A DNA stretch of 64,000 nt from Amoebophrya sp. A120. Taxonomy: Eukaryota; Protista; Dinoflagellata. The stretch is taken from positions 11,280,640 to 11,344,639 of the forward strand of contig CAJINV010000001.1 of NCBI GenBank assembly GCA_905178155.1, in the 5' to 3' direction. The notes beneath the pieces were generated by a model. That model saw nothing but the letters and a program-made list of their open reading frames with translations. It was not told the DNA's origin and made no database searches. Below, one piece after another: positions 41,595 to 52,180 of the stretch. Position 1 is the stretch's first letter; each line of letters starts with the position of its first letter. The position numbers and the translations under genes were made by a program.

Positions 41595-42296
41595 TATGTT
41601 AGGGAAAACTGTCCCCACTACCCCGGTTTTCCCCAAAGAGAAAAAATTTTCACGCACTGGCGCAACCCCACGATGCCCGGCTTCGCGACCTGCCCGGACG
41701 GCATCCACCTGCGGCTCTCCTAGGAGGATAATCCCCGAGGTTGATATGCAAGTTAAGAAGTTAATTAGCTAGTGGCGCACAAAAACTAAAACATTATTTT
41801 TTGACAGATTAAATTGCATTCATGTTTGTAGTTATGTCGGCTTTTTCCGGGTTTGCGGTACGGCGGCGAAGCTTAACTGCATCACCTGGGCCTGCTTGAT
41901 CGCGGACACGTTGCTGGAGAAGATTCTGCTGCTCTGTTACCTCGTCCGCGGTAACAGTTCTACACGAGGTTCATGGAGATCGGACCCGGAGACCGTCGCC
42001 ATGCTGGTCTGCCCGAGGGGATGGTCGACAAGCTGGGCCCGGAAGCCGGAGCGTGGAGGCCTTTCTCAAATGAAATAGATACTGATGCAAGATCTGCAAA
42101 TATAGTTAATGTGCGCCACTAGCTAATTAATTTCTTTCATTCCATAAAGCAGCCCACCGGGAGGATCTGGCTTCGCGTCTCGGCTGTTCGCGGAGTAGGT
42201 CGGCTATGCAGGGCTCCTTCTGGTCGCCCTTGGATCGAAAAAAAAATTTTCTCTTTGGGGAAAACCGGGGTAGTGGGGACAATTTTCCCTAACATA
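41595..42296. mobile_element. 702-bp dyad-symmetric TIR element with three co-axial inverted-repeat boxes; TSD CAGAT
   Basis: Inverted-repeat pairs: 41595-41644/42247-42296 (49/50), 41755-41788/42103-42136 (31/34) and 41934-41941/41950-41957 (8/8). All coordinate pairs sum to 83891. CAGAT at 41590-41594 and 42297-42301. Confidence 0.85.
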
Positions 42297-42337
42297 CAGA
42301 TATTTCTCAGAATATGAAACACATATAAATCCATTGA

Positions 42338-42465
42338 TTCTGAAATTTTTTGAATTTCAAATTTTCTGAATCTGAAAATCTCTGAGAAGATTGTGAAATT
42401 CTCTGAATCTGAAAATCTTTGAGAATCCGAAATTCCCTGAGCCTGAATCTGAATGAATCTGAATC
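42338..42465. repeat. Degenerate tandem repeat (~35-37 bp unit built of TCTGAA/CTGAAT)
   Basis: Successive copies: aaattttctgaatctgaaaatctctgagaa, aaattctctgaatctgaaaatctttgagaa, aaattccctgagcctgaatctgaa. Confidence 0.7.
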
Positions 42466-42800
42466 ATGATGTTGTTCGATCATGAAGATTGATCCTCAAA
42501 TTCGACCTTATTATGCAAAAATTTATCCGGAAACAATTACAGATGAAGCAAGTGAATTCATTTGAAGGGTTCATGTCGAAGTAAAAACGTCATAATCTTA
42601 TCCAAATTGCAGATGATAATTTTATGTGAAACCACAACCAGGTCGTTGGTGGATGAAGTTGAGACAACAACATCGCTATACCATTAGAAGCATGAGTTAG
42701 AGCTAGCAACAAACCATTTAGTCTTTTGTGACTTAGCGATTGCAATTCATTTAGAGTTGTAGCCCTTAATCTTACAGCGGTGCACATCCAGCATTTTCGT

Positions 42801-45800
42801 TTAGTGTGTGTAGAGGATGAGATGTTCCATTCGTTTCAATTCTCGTTGATGTTTTTCTTCGATGTCTTTCTTTTCCGCTTGAAATTTTGCCGACAGCTCC
42901 GTCATTAGGTTTGTTTGCCTCTGTACTTCTCCGTGTAGTTGATCATGATCGCTTTTTGTTCGGAGTTCTGTGATCTCCTCTTCTTTCTGCGCTCGAAGTT
43001 CTTGTTCGCAGACTTTGGTGAGTTCGTGCTGCTCGCTCGCCTCGTCGAGCAGCCGTTGCTTTTGGAGTTCGGTTTTCCGCAACGCGTCGCGGAGCTGAAA
43101 AATTTCATCGTGACAGATCCGCCTCGTTTCTGCTCTCGCGATTTCGATCGACCGGGCCTGCTCCGTCTTCGCGTTTTCCGTTGCTTCCTCGATGACCTGT
43201 CGCGCTTCCAGCCGCAGTTGCTCCTGGTGTTTCTCGTTCTCCTCTCGCAACTGCGCCACCAACGTTTCGATTTTCGCCTGCTCAGTCGCGATCTTCTCGC
43301 GCTCCCGCACAAGAACTTGGGTATGCTCCGCGACGAGCACCTCCTTCTGCCGAGTCAGCGCTGCGTGGATTGCGGCGTGTTGCTCAGACGCATTTTTTTT
43401 CGTCAGCTCGAGAATCTGTCGCTCATGTTCGGCTTTCATGTTCTTCATTTTCGGCGTCGAAATGGGCGCGATGTCCTCACCAGTCGCTCGTTGCTGGCTC
43501 TCCGCCTCGCCTGCCAGGCCCGCTTCCCTTGATGACGGCTCGGCTTCTCTACTATGTCCGTCTTGCTTTCCTTCACAGCTCGGCTTCTTTCTTTGCAAAA
43601 ATGAAAGCGCAGGTGGTAAAGGTGCATTCGCTCCTACTTCGGGGTTCTTCAACAGTTCATCGCTGCTGCATTTCTTGTACAGTTCTCGCTTGGCATCCTC
43701 CAGCCCGACCTTTGGCGAAGTGGCGGGTGGGCCACGACATGCAGCTTCTAGAGGTACGGCAGGAGGAGCTGGCTCAAGAACTGCGCTCTGGCGGGGAGGC
43801 ACAGCAGTTTTCTCTTCGGTTATTTCATTCACGCCCTCCTGGCCCTGCCGTGTTGCCGCGCGCGCTTCTGCTTCCTCGTGGGCAGCTTCAGCAGTGACAT
43901 GCCGCAAGGAATTCAACTTCGATTCCAATAGAGTTTTTGTGGAATGCCAGGCCCGCATCTTCTCATCGGCTTCCATGTCCCGTGTCTCTCGCAGAACTTC
44001 GTACTGCATCCGCAACCGGCGTAGATCTTGCTTTAGGCCTTCGTTCTCCGACCGGAGGTGTGCAAGCTGTAGCTGGTCAACTACATCGTCCTGTAGTAGG
44101 AGTAGAATAAAGATGCAGAGTTTAATGTTGAGTTGCTTTTTTGACAGACAAAAAAGCGAGGATAAAACTCCAACTAGATCTAGCAATAACAACACAAGAT
44201 GAGCAGCTGCAGCAGCAGCAACAAAACAAACAAACGGAACAACGAGGAAGTTTTGTAGAATCGCGCACCCACCTTTCGCGGTCCGTGTTCATCAGCATTT
44301 GTGGCTGCCCGGTCCTCATCATCTTCCGCACTGCTGTCCTCGTGCGCGGTTCCTGTTTCATCTCGGGGGATCGACGACGCGGACGGAAGGGAAGAAGTAC
44401 AAGTCGCCTGCACACCCGCTTCTTGCGTGGCCTTTGCTGGTGGGCTCATCCGCTGTTCATCCGTCTCCTCGAGCAGTGCCTGCTTTTCCGCTCTGAGGCG
44501 TGCCGCGTCGCTTTCCACTCGACGAAGCTGAACTGTAGCCGCTTCTAGCTCCCGTTCCAAGCTTTCGGCCTTTTCTTGCGCCACTGCCAGGTCGCGCGCG
44601 TGCGCTTGGCGGAGTTCGGAAACCGTTTTGTCGTGGTTCGCTTGCAGTTTTCGGGTTTCCAGATCAAATTTCTTTTCCCAGTCCGCCCCGACTTTCCGGC
44701 ATTGGTTCTCCGCCTGGCGCTCCGCTTCCGTTCTTTTCGAGAGCTGGTCCTGCAGGTCCAAGACGGATATCGACGCAACCTGTAGACGGTGTTCCGTGTC
44801 TTGCAGCAACTTCCGCTCCTTCCGCCGGATTTCGTCGACCGCCTCGCGCGCGTCCCGAAGCCGCTTCACTTCCGCCTCCAGGTCCGCTCGGTCGGTTTGC
44901 GTTTCGCTCTGGAAGCGCACAAAGTTCCGCCGCTGCGCTTCCGCCTCCCGTTTCAGCAAATATGTTTCCTCCTCGCTCCTTGCCAAGGCGTTTCTCAGCA
45001 TGGAAATTTCTTCCACCGCTTTGCCTTTTGCCTTCTCCTCCTCGAGCTGGCGAAGGATGTCCGCGCCGGTGCGAAAAAGCTTGCTGGAGAGCACATTCTT
45101 CGGGTCTTCAGCAGGGCATCTGGTCTGATCAGAGCCATGTAGTTCATCTGCCTCCTCCTCGTCCGGCTCATCTGTCAGGAAGGCTGTATGTTGACACGTC
45201 GTGCTGGAAGATGAAGAAAACTTGCGACCTCGACGCTCTTGAACCGCCCCAGTTACAACTGCACTTCCAGCAGATTGCGGGCGTCCGTGTTCGTAAGAAC
45301 TACCGAAAGAGTCGACTCTTCGGCCGCCGCGATGTCCCCGCGCCGACGAGGAAAAGCTGGGCTTTCTCACATACGAGGAACCATGAAGAAGCTCCGCTTC
45401 ACCTTCTTCACTCGGTGACAATGATCCTGCCGCAGGGTCGGGTACTACGCCCCCGCCCCCGATCGCAGCGTTTGCATTCTTCTGCAATTCCAATTTAAAC
45501 ACGTTTGCGATCACGGACGAAATTTGCAGTGATGCTTTTCTTGCCGAGGTCAAGTGTTTAGAAGTTGTGCTACCACTTGAAGATGTCGCTCCTGTAGCTC
45601 CTGCAACAGATGAACATGAAGCTGCGCTGCTCTTCCGAGACGCTGTCGCGGAAGTGCCAGATCCACTACCACTGTATCTTAGACTGGTTCTTTGCTCGGG
45701 AGACTGTGCAGGTTCGATCACAGGAGAGCTCAGCGGACGCAGGTCGAACCGGCAATCTTGTTCCTGCTCCTCAACCTCCGTATGACTCTGGGTGTCGCTT

Positions 45801-46675
45801 CGCACGGAAAACGAGCACGAATCGTGGTTCCGATCACCACTATCATACTTGCTCCTGGCGCTATCGCAAGGCAAAGCGCGGTGGCCTTCATGTACGAACG
45901 GGGAGGCGGAGGGGCACGAGGAAACGTCGCTTGAAGTGCCAGGGGCGGGAGACGGTGAGTGCAGAAAGGGAACCGCACCGGCGCAGGCCGTCGGGTCTGG
46001 TGAGATTCCCAAAAGAGTAGGAGGAGGAACTGTTGCTGTTGATTGTTGATGTGTATGCTGGTGACTCGCTTGCTCCCCAGATAGCTGCTTCTTGGTGTAG
46101 TTCATAGGATCTTTACTAGGCGGGGCCTTGTAGTTGTGCTTCAAAAAAATTTTCTCCACAACGGACGGCTGGTTTCGTCGAATATTATGTGCGCCTTCAG
46201 TAGCGTCCTCTTCTTCATTTTGTCCAGCACCGCCAAAATAACCGGGCTCATCATGATGATGATCGCGGCCACCCAGCAAACTACCGTGGTCGAGCATGCG
46301 GCCGTCGCCAGCACTTGTGGTTCTCGTTTTCGTCTTCAGCTGGTGCGCGGAATTTCCGTCCGGCCCACCGAGGATTAAATCTAGGGTCGCCTTCCGCATG
46401 GCTTCCATTCTCGTTCGGTTATTTGGGGTCTGCGTCGGGTCGTGGCGTGCCACATCATCGGGATGCGGCGGCGGCAGTCGAGCTGCACGCAGACCCCGGG
46501 TGTCGTACACCGTCTTGCGGAGGCGCGTCGGGTGTGTCGTCATGACAACTTTTTCTCCACTTTGCCCTGTTAGCTTCTTGCTGCAATCACAAGCAGAATC
46601 AGCTGGCGTCAACAAAGAAACAAGCAGGCAACCGCGTGCGAAACTACGGGTTACGTCGAAGACATTCTTGGCCAA
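42801..46675 (-). CDS. Large coiled-coil protein with Ser-rich N-terminal region; ends approximate
   Basis: 831-aa and 464-aa ORFs with E/K/R/Q/L heptad composition, joined by a GT-AG intron at ~44092-44272. Confidence 0.7.
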
Positions 46676-47732
46676 AGGCAGCTGCTACAGGAGCGCTGAC
46701 CCAGTATCGAGTTCCTATTGTATTCTTGTCGGCGGTGCCGAATATTTTTATCGAGGGTCGTGCTTTGATGATGTCCCCCACCCCCTGTCGCCTTTGCCTT
46801 TTGCAGGCAAGCACAGGAGCCACAGACGCACCACACGGACACCCTCACCCACCTCAACACTCTCTTCCAATACTCAATGAGAAGTTGATGCCCTCCTCGC
46901 AATAAATCCACGATCGCTCGACGTGCAAATTTTTACTTGAGACGACCGGTTCTTTTGCTCAACATGGTGACCTCCCCAATGACAACATCAATGATTGATG
47001 TCTCAACGTTTGTTTTTCTAATGGGTCGCCGCTCGTCGCAATGAGTGTCGGCGAAAATAAATAAAATAGTTTCTTTTATTTGGTATCCGACAGGAGCAAG
47101 TTAGTGGCAACTTTGAATTTTACGTATCTATGATCTTTATCCAAAAGCATAAGCATAAACCATATTCGTGTCGTTCATAAAAAATTCCTCAATCATCTTC
47201 GTCCATCAAACTGAAACAAATTGCATATCTTCATGTGGAACGAACTTGCACGAGCACGAGACTGCAGGAGTGTAATTTCATCTCTATTGAGTTTCTGTTC
47301 ATTTGTTTTAGGTGAAACAACAACCGACCTACCAATCGCTTGATGTCCGCGACAACAAGTTGTAGGCATAGGCAAAGAACTGTATAAAATCTTAATTTTG
47401 GAGTGCAAGGAAAGCACCTATACAAGATTGGAAATTTTTGGCACTAGGTGCGGTATTTACCCCGACCTCCACCACGGCGGCATTTTCATACAATTTCGAA
47501 GGGAGTTTGAAGATACGCGGTGAAATGACAGTCGATAGTGAAAGTGAAACTTAACTAAATCATATAAGAACTCACCTCTGCTGCAGTAGCACAATTAAAT
47601 GAGGGTGATGCTTCTCTGATGGGATAGAAGGACCAGTGACTAGCTACAAATCTTACAGAGCCCACGGCTTTTGGTTTCTAATGTTCGGAGTATCGCAACA
47701 GATCGGTGTATCGCAACTCGCCCCAGGATCGA

Positions 47733-50700
47733 TCAACTACGGCTGCGTCCCCAGGCGGACGATGCAGTTCGAAACAGGTTTTCGAGGCAGTCTTTGCTGG
47801 GACAGCAGACAGGAAACCGCTGCGCTGCTCCAGCACTAAAGCCGGCCCGGCTGTTTGGCGCAAAGGTTTTGTTGGCCGCATTGGTCGGCGTGGTCGCGAA
47901 GGACCCTCCACGAGCAACGGACTTCGTGCTCCCTTTGCTGTTCGTATGGGTGTGTCAGGATTGAAATCGTCAAAGTTGAAATAATTTGGAATGCATAAAA
48001 TGCATGACCCAAGATACGTGTCTTGCAGAGCAGGCAAGTGAGGCCGATTGTGAGCCTGTTTCCGGTTACAGCTCGAGCTGCTAAAGTAGCATGAGAAAAT
48101 CGCTCTTCTTTGCCTAAACAGCATGACAGACTGGATTTGGGGACCGCCGACATTTGTCATGCGCCACTTGGAAACTGGGTTCCAACTGGCATCCATTTTA
48201 TGCATGGCAAATTATTTCAACTTTGTCGATTTCAATTCTGACACTCCCATAGTTCATCTGGCCCCCGTAATACGCCGCCTCGTCGTCGGAAGAAGTGGTT
48301 TCGGACTCCTCGTCGCTGAAGGAGGACGAGGAATCGGAAGACAGACTGTCAGAGGACGAAGTAACGTCTTCGTCATCGCCGGCCGTGCTCTTCTGGGAGG
48401 ACGAGTTATTGTTCGCGTTCCGCCGGAAGAACTCGGCGCCGTTCTCGCGGTACTTCCGGCGCGTCCCCGGGGAGAGGTTTTGCGTTTCCGAGTTTTCCCG
48501 TAACCGCTTGGCCCGGTCGTGCAGGGGAAGCAGGCTCCGGCTATCCTGGGACATCACACGGCGCAACCACCGCTCGGACGAACGGATCCGCCTGGAGTAA
48601 CAAGTTAGTTGCAAGAGTATAGCTGAAAAAGAACAAGCAGCCTTAGATCTCATGGCATCTGGCAGAAGCGCAACAAGACGATTCAGAAGTTTTTAATGCA
48701 GCAGATTGACAGAGTACGTACGTGTGTTATTTCGCATAGGAATCAATAGATGCTGATGCAGATTGACAACATGACGCACAATCTTCAATGCCGAATTGTA
48801 CCTCGTCGGCAGGTAGTCTACCGCTCCGCCGATTTTGACGCCCTTCCCTTCGATCGGGTCTTTCGAGCTTGCGCGGGGGAAGCGAAACACGCTTTCCTGG
48901 CGCGGGCTACGCTTGCGCGCGGCGCCTAGGTCTTGTTCGCGGCTTCCCGTCAGGCGAGTAGCTCCTCCAGTGGCGAAATTATTGGTTGACAACCCTGGGG
49001 GACCCGCATGATTTGCCAGGTAGTTGTTCGGCGTCCTTCCGCGCCGGCGACCCAGAGCTGGATTCAGATGGTTCGTGCAGACCGAGGAGTCGTAGCTGGC
49101 GGACCGGTTGTTTTTCGAACTGACCGCGCTCCGGACAAAAGCAGGATGGAGCAGAGTCGAGTTTGCTGGAAAGTAACCACCTCCAGCCATAGTACTCATG
49201 CCTGTCGCTGCAGCGGAAGCCAGGTCGGAAGAACCCGCAGCTGCACCTGAGGCGGCGAGTAGCTGCTGCAACGTAGTCGAACCAGTGATGCCGGAAATGT
49301 TGGCGCTCGTACTGCTGGAGGAAGATGGGTCGGCTCTTGATGATAAAGCATGTTCATCTTCTACCGGCTTTCCTCCACTAGAAGTACCGGGCTGCTGCAG
49401 CGTATCTTCTACCTCTACGTTTTGGCTTTGCAGCAGCTCCACCGTCTGCTTAGAATTGGTTTTGGACGAATGGGATGACGAGGAAAAGACAGATGAACTT
49501 GCGTTGTTTGTTATCCTATTTAAAAACGTCCTCACCCTATAGTTGTAATGCAAATCTACATGCTGAAAATGTTTCTCATACGGAGCCCCATGAGAAGCAG
49601 TTTCTAGTCGTGTTCTGCAATTTGTCATGCTCCAATCAGCATGGTGTGCTAGGTCTGTGATGCTGCTGAGCTACCTCAAACAGCACTACACTACGAGTCC
49701 AAATTTGTGATGCAAAACAGCCAAAACTTGTGGATTTGTCTAGCCGATTCCTCATCTTAACTATGGTGTGGGGACATTTTTACTCAGGATATTTGTTCCT
49801 TGCAGGTCGTAAGTAGCAGCTCCACCGCGCACCTGCAGGTCGCACGACTGGGTCAGCGGTTCCTTGGACGTTTGACTGTGGGGCACCAGTGTGGTTTTGC
49901 TGCTAGTGCCGGAGGACGGGCCGGTCGCAGTCGAAGCCGCGGCCACTCCCGAAGCACTTGAGAAGAAATTTAGATTATCAGTCACGCTGATTCCAGACGT
50001 TGGCTTCTCGCGAGATGACGAAGAACTCGCTCCTCCAGCGATGTCTTTAAAGCTGAAAGAAGCTGGCGCGTAATTAGAACCTATGTCGTGTTTAGGATGT
50101 CAAGAGTATATAAGCTGTAAGTGTTGAGAGCCGATTTATTTGACGCATCGGAATAGAGGTTGCGTTGAGGTAGGTTGCAGAATATCACCATCAATTTGCT
50201 CCCAAATCGATGGAGTTGAAGACCAAAGCAGAATTTCCTTTGCCATGCAAACAAAGAAACAAATCCTCACCTGTTCCTGTATATGGTTTCTGGTTTTGCT
50301 GTGCCGGATTGGAGTAGACCGTCGCGACTGACGCGGTTGGGGATTCGTTCCCTAGGTTAGAAATCTCGTCGATCCCACGGCTGCGCATTTTACCTGACAA
50401 GTAAAGGTAATAAATTAGTTCTTCTACGTTGCTCTTTTATCATCATTAACTCGTGCTAGTGCGTCAGCGTGCGCCGTCGGAGACCGAGGCGCCGACGAGA
50501 TGAATTAGCAAAAAAAAGAGGTTATACGTATGCAGTTTCAGTGGTACACAGAGTACATCGCACTAATTTTCTCTTTGGCAATACTTTTGATTCCGCTGGT
50601 GGCGTAGGAGGGATTTTTTAAAACGCCACGGGACGTCGACGACGAGGCTAGAGCGCCTGGGCCTGATGCATCGATTCTCAGTTGTTTTTCACAAAGTTTT

Positions 50701-51251
50701 TCTGTTTGATATTTTAGAGCATCGCCCTCGCCTTGTTCGCCTTGGGCTAGCTTCAGCTTCGTGATTCCCTGACCGCTTCCTTTCCCAGTCCCGATTGCGC
50801 TGCTCTTCAGGTGTTTGGTCGGCGAGCGCGAGGAAAAGTCGCCGGCATGAAGCTCGTAATCTCGTCCGCGCCGCCTGGCCACGCCGATGCTGGCATCGCT
50901 CATCATTCCCGGGTTTCGCCACAGCACGTCGCTTTCGGCTCCGTAAATCGATTCATCTGAGGACGAGGAATCAACGTCGCTGCTGTCATCCACCTCCTCA
51001 TCGTCGCTCTCCATCTTTTTCCGCCTGGTGTCCTCCGCACCACGATAACCTTTGTTCTTCCACACTGGGCCACGGGATGTATTCAGATTTACGGGAACCA
51101 TATCAACAGCGACTGAGGGCAGGTTACCTGTCGCTGTCGGACGGCTAGGAGAGGTCGATGTTTCAGCAGCAACTTTCCCAGCCGATGGAGGAGAAAGATT
51201 ATCCTCCTCTTCTACAGCAACAGGAAACACATCACTGCTGTTCTTCGTCAT
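47733..51251 (-). CDS. Multi-exon Ser-rich hypothetical protein interrupted by two TIR introners; start approximate
   Basis: A chain of minus-strand ORFs is joined by GT-AG introns and by removal of elements 49512-49791 and 47945-48251. In-frame TGA at 47733-47735. Confidence 0.55.
47945..48251. mobile_element. TIR introner/MITE (307 bp), TSD GTTCG/GTTCA
   Basis: ~57-bp imperfect TIR tatgggtgtgtcaggattgaaatcgtcaaagttgaaataatt...aattatttcaactttgtcgatttcaattctgacactcccata. A homologous copy lies at 52615-53949. Confidence 0.88.
49512..49791. mobile_element. TIR introner (280 bp), TSD TTTGT
   Basis: Left end tatcctatttaaaaacgtcctcaccctatagtt versus right-end reverse complement tatcctgagtaaaaatgtccccacaccatagtt. 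TTTGT at 49507-49511 and 49792-49796. TGTCATGC inside. Confidence 0.82.
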
Positions 51252-52180
51252 TCTTTTTTTTCCCGTTGGTTTACTTCCACCTTTGCGTGGAGTGTGGGAC
51301 GAAAAATATCAATTCCAGTTGGCTTGATAAATCTTAATCCCGTTCCTTGCGAGGGCTAGATGAAGATTGTACTAATGTCAAAAATTTGCATCCTGCAGTG
51401 GTTGATGCTTGATCTTCTTCGTGCAAGATTTCCTCGTGCAGGATTGACGGTCTTAGTCGTGCTACTGCTAGCAAGCAATCCGAGAAACTGCGCGCCGATC
51501 GAGATTCAACACTGCTTAACCAGCGAAAACGAAGAGCGACGAAACGAGGAGGAAAACCGATACCGAAAAATTATGTTTATTCTCGATGTCCAACGACTTC
51601 TACGACTGATGACTATGTAGTCCTGATCGCAGGAGGACAAACACCAAGAAGCATATTCCATATTCATGTGTAAAAGGAATCAACATATAATGAAATCGAA
51701 GAGCTAGTACAACAACTTCCGGTTCCGCTCAATAACTCTGTTCAATCTCACGTAAACAGCCACGAAGATGAACATTTCTACCAACTACCGTAATTCACCG
51801 CGGTGTAGCGAGTACGGCGGAACAAAATACGATGTGCAACTGCGGAACCCTTCTTGACCCTGTGCCTGTCCATGCCTTGTTACTTCGTCTAGTTACCACC
51901 TAGAAAAAAGCAGCTTCATCCTCGTTACGCCCTTCCCGCGCCTTCCTCTACATACCAACTTCCTCCACAATTTGGAGGCAATGCGTACAGTCGACGAACT
52001 CGAATGGTGCAGCAGGAGGCGAAACAAGGTCGTGAAGAGTCGGTACATGTTCAGGAGCTTCATCAGTAGCAACAAGCAGGCATGATCACTGATCATCCAG
52101 CAACATGTTGATGTTGATCCGACTGCTGCAATCATCAGATGTTGAAAGCAGGTGGTCCTGAAGACCGACACGAAAGACGT

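Larger units (their letters stand above)
40400..42600. other. AT-rich gene-free island at the convergent strand switch between two unidirectional gene arrays
   Basis: Two hand-counted 60-nt lines gave 23% and 33% GC, against visibly GC-richer coding flanks. All supported genes to the left are +, all to the right are -. Confidence 0.85.

Noticed and set aside
41578-42334. Two short ORFs sharing MLGKxVPTTPVFPKEK
   Set aside because: An artefact of translating the two arms of the inverted repeat; no coding evidence.
47944-48252. GT...AG ends on the + strand of the 47945 element
   Set aside because: The host gene is on the - strand and the sister elements lack this; it arises from TSD bases abutting TAT/ATA.
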